DNA of 43,975 nucleotides from Methylophilaceae bacterium (GCA_034004425.1 JAVEWT010000001.1:1-43975), one strand, 5' to 3'; shown: positions 32,833 through 43,392, numbered from the stretch's first letter. The notes: generated by a model not told the origin, from the letters alone. A program made the numbers and translations.

Positions 32833-35800
32833 ATGCAGTTTTCCATTCCCGTACCGGCCAGCGGCCAGGCCGAACGCGTTCAAAAAATCGTCGTCGGCGC
32901 AGACAGTCTGGCAATGGCCAGGCTGGCGCTAGAGCTGAAACAGCAGGCCGTCAGAAAACCGCTCGCCATCATCACCTCCAGCGCTTTCGAAGCCCAGCGC
33001 CTGCTGGAAGAACTGCCCTGGTTCGAACCGGAACTGAAGGTGCACCTGTTGCCGGACTGGGAAACACTGCCCTATGATCATTTCTCGCCACACCCGGACC
33101 TGATCTCGGAACGGCTGGCGACGCTTTACCAGATCAGCCAGAACAACTGCGATGTCATCATCGTACCGGCCGGCACTGCGCTCTTGCGCCTGCCGCCGCA
33201 ATCCTATCTGGCCGCCCATTCCTTCATGCTGCAGAAAGGCCAGCGCCTCGATCTCGAGGCGCTGCGCGAGCAGTGCGCTCATGCCGGCTACCACCATGTC
33301 AGCCAGGTCATGAGTCCGGGCGAATTCAGCGTGCGCGGCGGTCTGGTCGACCTGTTCCCGATGGGCAGCGCCCTGCCCTACCGGCTCGACCTGTTCGACG
33401 ACGAGATCGAGACCATCCGCACCTTCGACGTCGACACCCAGCGCAGCCTCTATCCGGTGCCTGAGATCCGACTGCTGCCGGCGCGCGAATTCCCGCTCGA
33501 CGAGGCCGGCATCGCCCGATTCCGCCAGCGCTTCCGCGAAACCTTCGAAGGTGACCCGTCGCGCAGCCGCATCTACAAGGACGTCAGCAAAGGCATCGCC
33601 GGCGGTGGCATCGAATGGTATCTGCCGCTGTTCTTCGACCAGACCGCCACCCTGCTCGATTACCTGAGCGATGGCACCGTACTTTGCCTGCACGGCGATC
33701 TCGATGCCGCGGCACAGAACTTCTGGCTGGAGGCGCAATCGCGCTACCGCCAGCTGGCACATGACCCGGAGCGCCCCATCCTGCACCCGGACCATCTATT
33801 GCTGAAAACCGATGAATTCTTCGCCGCCACCCACCGCCACGCCCGCATACTGCTGCAGCCAGAAGCCAAGACCGGTTTGCCAGAACTGGACATCGAACGC
33901 CGCGCCGACCACCCGCTGCACAAGCTGAAGGACTTCCTCGGCAAGACCCGGAAACGCGTGCTGATAGGCGCCGAGAGCCTGGGCCGGCGCGAGACCATCG
34001 CCCAGCTGTTCGCCGAGCACGGACTCGAGCCCGCACTGTGCGAATCCTGGCAGGAGTTCCTCAATGCCACGGACGACCTGGTGCTGGGCATCACCACGCT
34101 GCACAGCGGTTTTCCCACCGCCGATTTCGTCATCATCACCGAGGCCGAGCTGTACGCCGCCACGGTGCGCCAGCAGCGCCGGCGCGAGAAGGAGAAGGCG
34201 CGCAGCACCGAGGGCATGCTGAAAGACCTGTCGGAGCTGCGCGAAAACGATCCGGTGGTGCACGAAGATCATGGTGTCGGCCGCTACCGCGGCCTGATCA
34301 GCCTGGACTTCGGCGAAGGCGAGACCGAGTTCCTGCTGCTGGAATATGCAGGCGACGACAAGCTCTATGTCCCGGTTTCGCAACTGTTCCTGATCTCGCG
34401 TTATTCCGGCGGCCCCCCGGAATCCGCGCCGCTGCATCGCCTCGGTAGCGGCCATTGGGAAAAGGCCAAGAAAAAGGCGCTGAAGCAGATCCGCGACACC
34501 GCCGCCGAACTGCTCAACCTCTATGCCCAGCGCCAGGCGCGCAAGGGCCACGCCTTCAAGCTGTCGCTGCACGATTACGAAACCTTCGCCGATGCGTTCC
34601 CGTTCGAGGAAACACCAGACCAGCTATCTGCGATCGAAGCCGTCATCGACGACATGCAGTCCGGCCGGCCTATGGACCGCCTGGTGTGCGGCGACGTCGG
34701 CTTCGGCAAGACCGAGGTCGCCTTGCGCGCCGCCTTCGTCGCCGTCATGGGCGGGCGCCAGGTCGCCGTGCTGGTACCGACCACGCTGCTGGCTGAACAG
34801 CACTACAACAACTTCACCGACCGCTTCGCCGAGTGGCCGGTCAAGGTCGCCGAGATCTCGCGCTTCCGCACGGCAAAGGAACAGAAGGAAGCCTTGCAGG
34901 GCCTGGCCGACGGCAAGATCGACATCATCATCGGCACACACCGCCTGATCCAGAAAGACGTCAAGTTCAAGAACCTCGGCCTCGTCATCCTCGACGAGGA
35001 GCACCGCTTCGGCGTGCGGCAGAAAGAGCAGCTGAAAGCGCTGCGCGCCGAGGTCGACGTGCTGACGCTGACCGCCACGCCCATCCCACGCACGCTGTCG
35101 ATGGCGATGGAAGGCCTGCGAGAGTTCTCCGTCATCAGCACGCCGCCGCAGAAGCGCCTCGCCATCAAGACCTTCCACACCGATTACTCCGAAGGCATCA
35201 TCCGCGAAGCCGCGATGCGCGAGTTCAAGCGCGGCGGCCAGGTGTATTTCCTGCACAACGAGGTGGACACCATCCACAGCATGCGCGAAAAACTGGAGAA
35301 GATACTGCCGGAAGCGCGCATCGGCATCGCCCACGGCCAGCTGCGCGAGCGCGAACTGGAACACGTCATGCGCGATTTCTACCACCAGCGCTTCAACCTG
35401 CTGCTGTGTACGACCATCATCGAGACCGGTATCGACGTGCCGACCGCCAACACCATCATCATGAACAAGGCCGACATGTTCGGCCTTGCCCAGCTGCACC
35501 AACTGCGCGGCCGCGTCGGCCGCTCGCATCACCAGGCCTACGCCTACCTGCTGACCGATCCGCACCGCAAGATCACCCCGCAGGCGCAGAAACGGCTCGA
35601 TGCCATCCAGCTGCTGGAAGACCTCGGCGCCGGCTTCCACCTCGCTATGCACGACCTCGAGATCCGCGGTGCCGGAGAACTGCTGGGCGACAAGCAGAGC
35701 GGAGAGATGCAGGAGATCGGATTCACGCTCTACGCCGATATGCTGAACTACGCCGTCAAGCAGTTGAAACAGGGCAAGGAGCCGGACATCAACGCGCCGC

Positions 35801-36237
35801 TCGGCGTCACCACCGAGATCAACCTGCACACGCCGGCGCTGCTGCCCAACGACTACTGCCCGGACGTACACGAACGCCTGGTGCTGTACAAGCGTCTCGC
35901 CAACTGCAGCACTGACGATGAACTGGACGCGCTTCAGGAAGAACTGATCGACCGCTTCGGTCTGCTGCCGGAGCCGGGCGAGGCACTGATGGCCTGCCAC
36001 CGCCTGCGCGTGGCGGCTAAACCGATGGATATTTTGAAGATCGACGCCAGCGACAGCGCCATACAGTTGCAATTCAACCCGCGCGCCGACCTCGATCCGA
36101 CCAAGCTGATCGCCCTGCTGCAACGCGACCGCCGCTGCCGCATGAACGGGCCGGACAAGCTGCGGGTGACGGTGCAGCTACATGACATCCAGCACCGTGC
36201 CGACCTGATCAAGGTTCTGCTGAAGGAATTGCGTTAA
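32833..36237 (+). CDS. mfd: Transcription-repair coupling factor
   Basis: Start MQFSIP; LPDWETLPYD, VVHEDHGVGRY (CarD-like RID), GDVGFGKT, DEEH, QLRGRVGR, TRCF C-terminus. Confidence 0.98.
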   Translation: MQFSIPVPASGQAERVQKIVVGADSLAMARLALELKQQAVRKPLAIITSSAFEAQRLLEELPWFEPELKVHLLPDWETLPYDHFSPHPDLISERLATLYQISQNNCDVIIVPAGTALLRLPPQSYLAAHSFMLQKGQRLDLEALREQCAHAGYHHVSQVMSPGEFSVRGGLVDLFPMGSALPYRLDLFDDEIETIRTFDVDTQRSLYPVPEIRLLPAREFPLDEAGIARFRQRFRETFEGDPSRSRIYKDVSKGIAGGGIEWYLPLFFDQTATLLDYLSDGTVLCLHGDLDAAAQNFWLEAQSRYRQLAHDPERPILHPDHLLLKTDEFFAATHRHARILLQPEAKTGLPELDIERRADHPLHKLKDFLGKTRKRVLIGAESLGRRETIAQLFAEHGLEPALCESWQEFLNATDDLVLGITTLHSGFPTADFVIITEAELYAATVRQQRRREKEKARSTEGMLKDLSELRENDPVVHEDHGVGRYRGLISLDFGEGETEFLLLEYAGDDKLYVPVSQLFLISRYSGGPPESAPLHRLGSGHWEKAKKKALKQIRDTAAELLNLYAQRQARKGHAFKLSLHDYETFADAFPFEETPDQLSAIEAVIDDMQSGRPMDRLVCGDVGFGKTEVALRAAFVAVMGGRQVAVLVPTTLLAEQHYNNFTDRFAEWPVKVAEISRFRTAKEQKEALQGLADGKIDIIIGTHRLIQKDVKFKNLGLVILDEEHRFGVRQKEQLKALRAEVDVLTLTATPIPRTLSMAMEGLREFSVISTPPQKRLAIKTFHTDYSEGIIREAAMREFKRGGQVYFLHNEVDTIHSMREKLEKILPEARIGIAHGQLRERELEHVMRDFYHQRFNLLLCTTIIETGIDVPTANTIIMNKADMFGLAQLHQLRGRVGRSHHQAYAYLLTDPHRKITPQAQKRLDAIQLLEDLGAGFHLAMHDLEIRGAGELLGDKQSGEMQEIGFTLYADMLNYAVKQLKQGKEPDINAPLGVTTEINLHTPALLPNDYCPDVHERLVLYKRLANCSTDDELDALQEELIDRFGLLPEPGEALMACHRLRVAAKPMDILKIDASDSAIQLQFNPRADLDPTKLIALLQRDRRCRMNGPDKLRVTVQLHDIQHRADLIKVLLKELR

Positions 36238-36319
36238 AGCAGGCAGCGCCGGCAAGAAAGCTCACGCCAGATGAGCGCGGATTCCCGGCATGAATCCCCC
36301 GGGGGCAAGAACTGCGCTA

Positions 36320-36730
36320 TCAGGCGGCGTGATGATTGACGATGAAAACGATGACACCCAGCGCCGCGATCGCGCTGAAGATGGCGAGCCAAGTCAGCCG
36401 CACCATGTGCCTGCGATTGGCTTCGATACGGCGTATCAGCTGCGCATTCTGATCGGCCAGGTTCTTGATCAGCTCAGACGATGAAAGCATCTGCTGGTGC
36501 AGTTCGGCATTGGACTTCTCCAGCACCGTAAGGCGCTGCCGCAAGGCCCGCAAGGCTGCCGTCTCATCGGCAGCCGGCGGCACATCGACCACCTCGTCAT
36601 CTTCCAAAGGTGGTTTTTTCGCCACCGCGCTCCAGAACTTCTTCGCGCCGTCCACCACCTTGGGCGCATTGTCGATCACCTGCCCCCAGGGCACGGCCTG
36701 CAACACTGAAAACCATGGGATTGCCATCAT
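36320..36730 (-). CDS. Hypothetical protein (coiled coil plus C-terminal TM)
   Basis: GAGGA RBS; VPWGQVIDNAPKVVDGAKKFW, heptad region, hydrophobic C-terminus. Confidence 0.8.
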   Translation of the reverse strand: MMAIPWFSVLQAVPWGQVIDNAPKVVDGAKKFWSAVAKKPPLEDDEVVDVPPAADETAALRALRQRLTVLEKSNAELHQQMLSSSELIKNLADQNAQLIRRIEANRRHMVRLTWLAIFSAIAALGVIVFIVNHHAA

Positions 36731-36929
36731 TTTTCCTCTATCGAATCAATTGTCCGCTTACGCATGCCGGCCCGCAGCCCGCGTGCATGCTCACATGTTA
36801 TTTTTGCTTATTAAAACAGTAAAAATTCCTAATCTTTTTGCTATTGCATGCGGGTTTGCAATCCATTAATTTTGTTCCTCATAAAAACACATGACATCGA
36901 TTCAGATCACTTTATTGGAGGAACACACC

Positions 36930-37097
36930 ATGAATGCAAAGAATATCAAGGGCTGGGGCATGTCAGGCAGCACGACCCCGTCTGCCAAACGCGCCAGTTC
37001 GACACAATGGATTCAAAGCTCCAATCCGCATACGCGCATCCAGGCCTTGTCCGCCTTCAAAACCTGGTATTTCCAGCAACACAAGAACAGCCAGTAA
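36930..37097 (+). CDS. 55-aa small hypothetical protein
   Basis: Strong GGAGGA RBS before ATG 36930; AT-rich upstream region; hairpin downstream. Confidence 0.65.
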   Translation: MNAKNIKGWGMSGSTTPSAKRASSTQWIQSSNPHTRIQALSAFKTWYFQQHKNSQ

Positions 37098-37114
37098 TTT
37101 GCCAACCATATCTT

Positions 37115-37162
37115 GCGGACTCTGTTGAATCTCACCGGTTCCCGGCGGCAGAGTCCGCTTTC
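37115..37162. terminator. Hairpin between the small ORF and the convergent addA-like gene
   Basis: GCGGACTCTGTTG ... CGGCAGAGTCCGC-TTT, 13-bp stem with G-U pairs. Confidence 0.6.
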
Positions 37163-37174
37163 ATAAGCCAAGCA

Positions 37175-40100
37175 TCAATCCAGTTCCACCAGCCGTCCCA
37201 CACTCAGAAAACAAACCGCAGTCTTCACCGGCAAACCTTCCGCATCAAACAAGCGGGCGTAACTTTCCAGCTGTGACCGATGCGCTTCCGCCTGCTGGCG
37301 CAGCGTCTGTTCGCTGACATCAGACGCAAAGGCCGTCGATTTATAGTCGATAATCCAGCGCACGCCATCCTCGACAAAGGTCAGGTCCAGCCGCTGCATT
37401 CTGGCGCTTTCCTCATCCAGCGTGGCGATCGGCAACTCGGCACTGGCGCCGGCGCGTGGCTTAAGTAGCCAGCGGCCGTCTTCACTATGCAGCGTAGTCT
37501 GCAGCATGGAGATGGTGCGCTCCGCCGCCGCATCCAGTTGCTCCACCTTCACCCCCTGCCGTTGCAGCCATTTCAGCATCGCCGGTTTCAGGCTGGCGAA
37601 ACGCATCGCCGGCCACTGTTCGACCCCTTGTCTGGAAACGAATTCCAGATAGCGGTGTGCAAGCACGCCGATCAGCGCATCGAGCTTAGCCTCGGGTGTC
37701 GAGCCCGGCGCCTCCCTCCCCTGTTCAGCTTGACGAGGATTAGCCGCGACCTTGTGCGCACGTTGGCTGAATATCGCCGGTATCGCCGGCGCTGCCAGCC
37801 GCACCAGTTTCGGTACGAATGCCGCGAGCGGCACGCCTTCCTCCTCGTCCAGCGTATCCGCCGGCTGCGTCGATTCGCCGGCGGCGGCGAAATCGGCATG
37901 CACATGTGGCCACAGCAGTTCGAGGAAGGTGTTCTTCGGTGCTTTCAGTTCGCCCTGATCGTTGCGCCGGGCGATTCCGACCAGATGCAGGCAGCGCTCG
38001 GCACGCGTGGCGGCGACATAGAGCACGCGGGCATCCTCGTTGCCGGCGCGCGTGCGCTCCAGATGCTTCAGATAGTCATACGGTGTCGGCGCCGTCGATT
38101 TGCGCTTGCCCTTGGCCGGTAGCGGCGCGGCGATGAGGTCGAACTGCGCGGCATCGTGCATGGCGTTGTCGCGCGGCACCTCCTCCCACATCAATAGCGG
38201 CTGCTCGTTGCCGCCGGTCTTGCGGTCGAGCCCGGGCAGAATCACGGTATCGAATTCCAGGCCCTTGGATTTATGGATGGTCATGAACTGCAGCCTGTCG
38301 TCAGCCTCGGCATCCGGTGCGGCATATAGCTTCTGCACCTCGACCGCCAGTTGCTCGGTGGTGAACTGGCCGCCGGCGTCGAGCTTCGCGATACGCTCGA
38401 AGAAGGCCTGCACATCGCGCACGTCGCCCGGCTCCCACAGGCAATCCGGACCTCCCAGCATGAGCCAGACGCCGTGCACCCAGCGCGCGATGCTCTGGCG
38501 GCCGCGCTGGTCCAGGGCCTCGTCCAGCACATTGCGCACGTGCAGCAACCGGGCGCGGCCATCCTCGCTCATAGCGTTGAGCCGTGCCGTGTCGTGCATC
38601 AATTGATAAATCGTGCGGTTGCGGTCACCGCCGGCCAGCGCGTGCAGATCGGCCAGCGTCAGCCCGCACCAGGGCGCGCGCAGGATGGCGAGCCAGTGCA
38701 CGCGATCGGCGCGATGATGCAGGGCATTGGTCAACGACAGCAGATCCTGCACGATCTGCCGGTTGGCCAGTTCCTCGATCTCCACCGCCTGAAAGCTGAG
38801 GCTGGGGTGGTGCCGGCGGATCTGACTCACCAGCGCCTGCAGATGGGAACGCGCCCGCACCAGCACGGCGATCTTGCTGTCCGGCTCCTCGACCTTGGTG
38901 TGGTGGATGATCTCGATGATCTTGTTCGCCTCCTGCAATCGCAGCGCTTCGAGCGACGGCGATGGCAGCTCATCGCCCTCTTCGGTTTCCGCCTCCATGC
39001 CGCCCGCGATCAGGGGGTGGACGTAAACGGCCGAACCGGCTTCCGGCGGCTTGGTGGCGGCGAACGGCCGGTAACTGATGCCCCCTTGAAGCTCATTGTC
39101 AAAGCGTGGAAAAACGCCTGCAAAGGTGCGGTTGATCCAGTCGATGACCGGCGCGCAGGAACGGTTGTTGCGCCACAGTCGCAGGCTGACCAGGCTGAGA
39201 TCGCCGATGCCCTTCTCCGCCACGCGCAGGAACAGGCCGACATTTGCCTTGCGGAAACGGTAGATGGACTGCATGGGGTCGCCGACCGCGAACAAGGTGC
39301 GGCCGTCGCCCGGCTCCCAGCCGCGCGTCAGGCGCTGCAGCAACTTGACCTGGGTCGGGCTGGTGTCCTGGAACTCGTCCACCAGCAGGTGCTGGATACG
39401 GTAATCGAGCTTGAGCGCGAGATCGGTCGGGTTGCCGGCCTCGTCCTCCAGCGCCTTCAGTGCGCGTTGCGCAACTTCGACGAAGTCGACATCGCCGTGC
39501 GACTGGAACACCAGCCAGAGCTGTGCCACGGCAAGCTTGAGCAGACGGCCGAGTGTGGCGATGAGTTGCCAGGCTTCGTCTTCGTGCCGCGCATCCGGCA
39601 ACAGTCGCAGATTGGCCAGCGCCGCTTCGGCACCGGGCAACATCCGGAGGTCATCCAGTAAGGCCGTCAGCTGATCCTTGAACGGCTTGGCCTCGTCCGT
39701 GGCCGGCATGCCCATGTTCTTGTCCAGGCGCTTGCGCAAACCGCCCTTGTGGTCCTTGCCGGTCAACAGCAAATCGCAGACGGCGCGCCACATGGCAAGT
39801 GCTTCCGGCCTGGCCGGAATCTCCGTTTCCCAGTCGCGCAGCAAGGCGATCGGATGCTCGCAGGGAAGGTTGGACGCAGCATAGCGCGCCAGCGGCATCA
39901 GCACCCGTTGCCGGCTGGGTGTCAGGCAAGCGGCGGCCGCTTCGACATCCTGCAGCAGCATGCGGCCCAACGCCTGCTCGGCGATCTCGGGTGTTGCGTT
40001 GTCCTGCGTGTACTCCAGCCACTGATCGCGCCTGGCCAGCATCTCGGCGAGCAGCCGGTTCAGCCGGTAGGCGTCGTTGTCGAAATAGCGCAGCGCCTGC

Positions 40101-40639
40101 TGCACGATCTCGCTCGCACCTCCATCCTCGGTTTCCAGCAGTTCCAGCGTACGGGTGGCGGCTTCCTCGTAGTACGGCATGGCGTCTTCGCGCACGCCGG
40201 GCTGGGCGCCGAAACGGCTCATCAAGGGCATCTGCCGCGCCAGATGGCTGCTGAACGAGTCGATGGTGTAGATGCGAAGGCGCGATGGATTGTCGAGCAA
40301 ACGCCAGCCGCGTTCCGCGCTGCGCAACAGCGCGCTCAATGCCAGCGCACGGGTCTGCTGCTTGTGCTCCTTGTCGATCGGCACTTCGTCAGCCGCGTCC
40401 TGCAAACTGTCCAGAATGCGGGCGCGCATCTCGGAGGCGGCCTTGTTGGTAAAGGTGATGGCGATGATCTCTTCCGGCTCGTCCACCGTTTGCAGCAGTT
40501 TCAGAAAACGCTGCGTCAGCAGTTCGGTCTTGCCCGCGCCAGCCGGCGCCTCGACAATGAAGGACTCACTGGCATCCAGCGCGCGGATGCGGCTTTGAGC
40601 GTCCTCTTCCAGCAAGTGCTGCGGTGTGCTTGCGCTCAT
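37175..40639 (-). CDS. addA: AddA-like UvrD helicase with C-terminal nuclease domain
   Basis: APAGAGKT, ITFTNKAA, VDEFQDT, VGDPMQSIYRFR, TIHKSKGLEFD, YVAATRA; nuclease RLDL..IIDYKS..QLESY. Confidence 0.88.
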   Translation of the reverse strand: MSASTPQHLLEEDAQSRIRALDASESFIVEAPAGAGKTELLTQRFLKLLQTVDEPEEIIAITFTNKAASEMRARILDSLQDAADEVPIDKEHKQQTRALALSALLRSAERGWRLLDNPSRLRIYTIDSFSSHLARQMPLMSRFGAQPGVREDAMPYYEEAATRTLELLETEDGGASEIVQQALRYFDNDAYRLNRLLAEMLARRDQWLEYTQDNATPEIAEQALGRMLLQDVEAAAACLTPSRQRVLMPLARYAASNLPCEHPIALLRDWETEIPARPEALAMWRAVCDLLLTGKDHKGGLRKRLDKNMGMPATDEAKPFKDQLTALLDDLRMLPGAEAALANLRLLPDARHEDEAWQLIATLGRLLKLAVAQLWLVFQSHGDVDFVEVAQRALKALEDEAGNPTDLALKLDYRIQHLLVDEFQDTSPTQVKLLQRLTRGWEPGDGRTLFAVGDPMQSIYRFRKANVGLFLRVAEKGIGDLSLVSLRLWRNNRSCAPVIDWINRTFAGVFPRFDNELQGGISYRPFAATKPPEAGSAVYVHPLIAGGMEAETEEGDELPSPSLEALRLQEANKIIEIIHHTKVEEPDSKIAVLVRARSHLQALVSQIRRHHPSLSFQAVEIEELANRQIVQDLLSLTNALHHRADRVHWLAILRAPWCGLTLADLHALAGGDRNRTIYQLMHDTARLNAMSEDGRARLLHVRNVLDEALDQRGRQSIARWVHGVWLMLGGPDCLWEPGDVRDVQAFFERIAKLDAGGQFTTEQLAVEVQKLYAAPDAEADDRLQFMTIHKSKGLEFDTVILPGLDRKTGGNEQPLLMWEEVPRDNAMHDAAQFDLIAAPLPAKGKRKSTAPTPYDYLKHLERTRAGNEDARVLYVAATRAERCLHLVGIARRNDQGELKAPKNTFLELLWPHVHADFAAAGESTQPADTLDEEEGVPLAAFVPKLVRLAAPAIPAIFSQRAHKVAANPRQAEQGREAPGSTPEAKLDALIGVLAHRYLEFVSRQGVEQWPAMRFASLKPAMLKWLQRQGVKVEQLDAAAERTISMLQTTLHSEDGRWLLKPRAGASAELPIATLDEESARMQRLDLTFVEDGVRWIIDYKSTAFASDVSEQTLRQQAEAHRSQLESYARLFDAEGLPVKTAVCFLSVGRLVELD

Positions 40640-43392
40640 CGCTGCTCCCCCGCCGGCAGCTGCCCATGCATCTTCTCCGTCAGCTCCGGCCGTTCATACT
40701 GAAGCCACCGTTCCGGCAGACGCAGCAACGGCAACACTTCGCAATAGGCCAGCTGTTTTTCATCCTCGAAACGGATCGAAGCCTCGCCGGATTTCAGCTC
40801 GCGCGCGATGTTCTCGATGCTGTTCCTCCAGTGCATCAGCAGCGACGACCAATCCGGGAAATCGGCCTCGGGAAACAGCTTGCGGCCCTTGCTGTCGATC
40901 AGCGCCGTAGCGCCGGGCACCACGTCGGCATCACGGCAGATACCGAGAAAGCCATTGTCGTCGATTCTGACCCGGGCGAAACAGACCGCTGCCACATCCT
41001 GATCGGCCAGCACAAAAGCCGCGTAGATCGGCAACTGCGGTTCGGTGATGCGGTCCTCGGCCCAATTGCGGAAATCATTCTGGCGCCCGGTCTTGTAATC
41101 GAGCAGGACCAGGCTGCCGTCTTCCAGCGTATCGATGCGGTCCAGCACCAGCCGGATGGCGATGCCCTCGATCGTGACGCGCGTCTCCTGCTCACGGGCG
41201 GTCACGACAAAATCCATGTCGCGCCGCAACTCCGCTTCCTGCAGCCAGGCCAGGGTCAATTTGCGCAAGCGCTCGCGCTCCAGCGCGATGAACGGCGCGG
41301 ACAGACTGGCGTCGCGCTCCTGATTGAAAACCGTCAGCGCCTGATCCGTTGCTTCCGTCACCGCCGTTTCCAGTGTCTCGACCGGCATGGCCTGCACTTC
41401 GCTCAAGCGTCGGTCGGCCCAGAAACGCTCAAGCACGGCATGCACCAGGGTGCCGCGCTCCATCGCATCCAGCCCGTTGACCGGCGCTTTCAGCGCCCGG
41501 GCGTGCAAACGGTACTGGTAAAAAGCCCAGGCCGGGCAAATGGCCTGCGCCTTCAACAGGCCGGTACCGCCCGAGACATGCTCGCCTTCCTGAATCTGCG
41601 GCGCCCTGGCATCGTCGAGAAAATGCAGGTGCTTGGGTGCATCGACCGCCAGCGTTTCCGCCAGCGTGGCGAACAGCGGGCAGTCGTCTTCGGCCGGCGC
41701 CACGTCGTGCAGCAACGGGCTGATACGCAGCAGGCGCTCGCCGTCCTTCTGGGCACTGGAAAACACGACCTTGCCGGCGCTCGAAAGCAGCCGGCGCTGG
41801 ATCGCCTCGGCGAACTCCATCTGCACACGACTATCGGCGTTCGGCGTGCCAACGGCTCTTTGTAATTGCGCGGGGAGCAAGGGGTTGGGATTCGGCGCAG
41901 GTGGCCAAACGTGGTCGTTCATGCCCATCACCCACATGGCGTCCAGCGGCTCGGCCGCAGCCTCCAGCATGCCGAGCACCTGCAATTGCGGCAGGTCTGC
42001 CGCCTCGGGCTGGAATATCTGCTCCTTGCACAACTGGGCGAGACGCTTTATAGCTTCGGTCGCATGGGTGGGCCCCAGCAACGGGTCGAGTTCGCTCAGC
42101 GACTGTAACGATTTCTCGAACGACTGCAGCGCCTGGTATTCATGGCTGGAGAGGCTGCGCTCACCGGGCCAGTGAGTTTCATGCAGTATGTCGCGGAATA
42201 CCGCCGCCCATGCCGAAGGCAGCTGCCTTGCACGCTGCGACTGCCCGTGCTTGAGCAAGGCCTGCAGGTCCTGGCTGAGAGCGGCAAGCGGCAATGGCCG
42301 CTCGCCATTCAGGGATTTCTCTACGAAATGTTGGAACCGATGCGGCGTCAGGGTCAGCGGCAGCCATTCGCGCATGTCGGCATCGAGCTGGGCGCGGGCG
42401 TCGGCCTCGGAGAAACTCGCCGACCAGTAAGGATTCAACAGCAACTCGGAAATCTCAGCCTGCGGCAAGGCCTGCCGCTGCAGTCCGAATCGCAAGAGGT
42501 TCAGGCCGGCAGCGATGACGGGCTGCGAACTAAGCGGCACGCCCAGCGAAAAGTCATAACGGCGGGCCGATTGCGCCAACATCGGCGTCACACAATCCGC
42601 ATGAAAAGCCTCGTCCAGCAGCGCCGCAAGCGTATCGCGCAGCGCACTGAGCTCGGGCACGACGACAGCCAGCCGGGCCGCCGGGTTACGCTCCAGCAGC
42701 CGTTTGGCCCACTCGACCGCTGCGCGGCATTCGGCCTCCCGGTCGTTCAATTCGACACGACTGGCTGCCTGCGACCGGTCAAAGCCCAGAGTGTGTGTGC
42801 CGACTTTGGCGCCGCGCGTGCGCAAGGCATCGATCAGTCTTTGCTGCAAAGGGCTGAACCGGTCGAACCCGGCCAGACTGATATCGGCCGGCACCTCGCC
42901 GCTACCGCTTTCCAGGCATTGCAGCTGCCAGCTGAAATAACGCACCGGCTCCAACCAACCGCCCTGCTTGCACAGCGACTGGAACCGCTGCCGCCAGATC
43001 AGGAACTGCCGCGTTTCCTCGGCAAGGTCATCCGTATCCAGGCTGAGGTTCCATTCGATCAGCAGGCGATTGGCCTCCTGCGCCGCGGCGGCCAGACCGG
43101 CCGTGTCGAACAGCGGTGCGGCATCAAGGTCCTTCAGCGTGCTCTCGATCGCCTGCTCCCACAGCAGGCGCTCCTGTGCGCCGCTCAGCATGCCGCGCGG
43201 CATCTCGTCCGGTGCGATGTCGCCACAGAGCAACGCCTGCTCAATCCACTCTTCGAGCCAGACATTGATGGTAAGGGCCGGCAAGGGTTGCCATTGCTGC
43301 CGGCCGGCTGCCTGCTGGCGCGCATGCAGGATACGCAGGCTGCGTGCGAGACGGGCGGTGGAACAAAGGACGAGTGATGGTGAGGAGTTCAC
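40636..43392 (-). CDS. addB: AddB-like inactive helicase with PD-(D/E)XK nuclease domain
   Basis: Overlaps the addA start by 4 bp; CP..F motif, RGTLVHAVLE, LDRID, LDYKTG, QLPIYA. Confidence 0.82.
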   Translation of the reverse strand: MNSSPSLVLCSTARLARSLRILHARQQAAGRQQWQPLPALTINVWLEEWIEQALLCGDIAPDEMPRGMLSGAQERLLWEQAIESTLKDLDAAPLFDTAGLAAAAQEANRLLIEWNLSLDTDDLAEETRQFLIWRQRFQSLCKQGGWLEPVRYFSWQLQCLESGSGEVPADISLAGFDRFSPLQQRLIDALRTRGAKVGTHTLGFDRSQAASRVELNDREAECRAAVEWAKRLLERNPAARLAVVVPELSALRDTLAALLDEAFHADCVTPMLAQSARRYDFSLGVPLSSQPVIAAGLNLLRFGLQRQALPQAEISELLLNPYWSASFSEADARAQLDADMREWLPLTLTPHRFQHFVEKSLNGERPLPLAALSQDLQALLKHGQSQRARQLPSAWAAVFRDILHETHWPGERSLSSHEYQALQSFEKSLQSLSELDPLLGPTHATEAIKRLAQLCKEQIFQPEAADLPQLQVLGMLEAAAEPLDAMWVMGMNDHVWPPAPNPNPLLPAQLQRAVGTPNADSRVQMEFAEAIQRRLLSSAGKVVFSSAQKDGERLLRISPLLHDVAPAEDDCPLFATLAETLAVDAPKHLHFLDDARAPQIQEGEHVSGGTGLLKAQAICPAWAFYQYRLHARALKAPVNGLDAMERGTLVHAVLERFWADRRLSEVQAMPVETLETAVTEATDQALTVFNQERDASLSAPFIALERERLRKLTLAWLQEAELRRDMDFVVTAREQETRVTIEGIAIRLVLDRIDTLEDGSLVLLDYKTGRQNDFRNWAEDRITEPQLPIYAAFVLADQDVAAVCFARVRIDDNGFLGICRDADVVPGATALIDSKGRKLFPEADFPDWSSLLMHWRNSIENIARELKSGEASIRFEDEKQLAYCEVLPLLRLPERWLQYERPELTEKMHGQLPAGEQR

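Noticed and set aside
37175-43392. Helicase plus PD-(D/E)XK nuclease pair as an anti-phage system
   Set aside because: Size, order and motifs fit housekeeping AddAB recombination genes with host-like composition.
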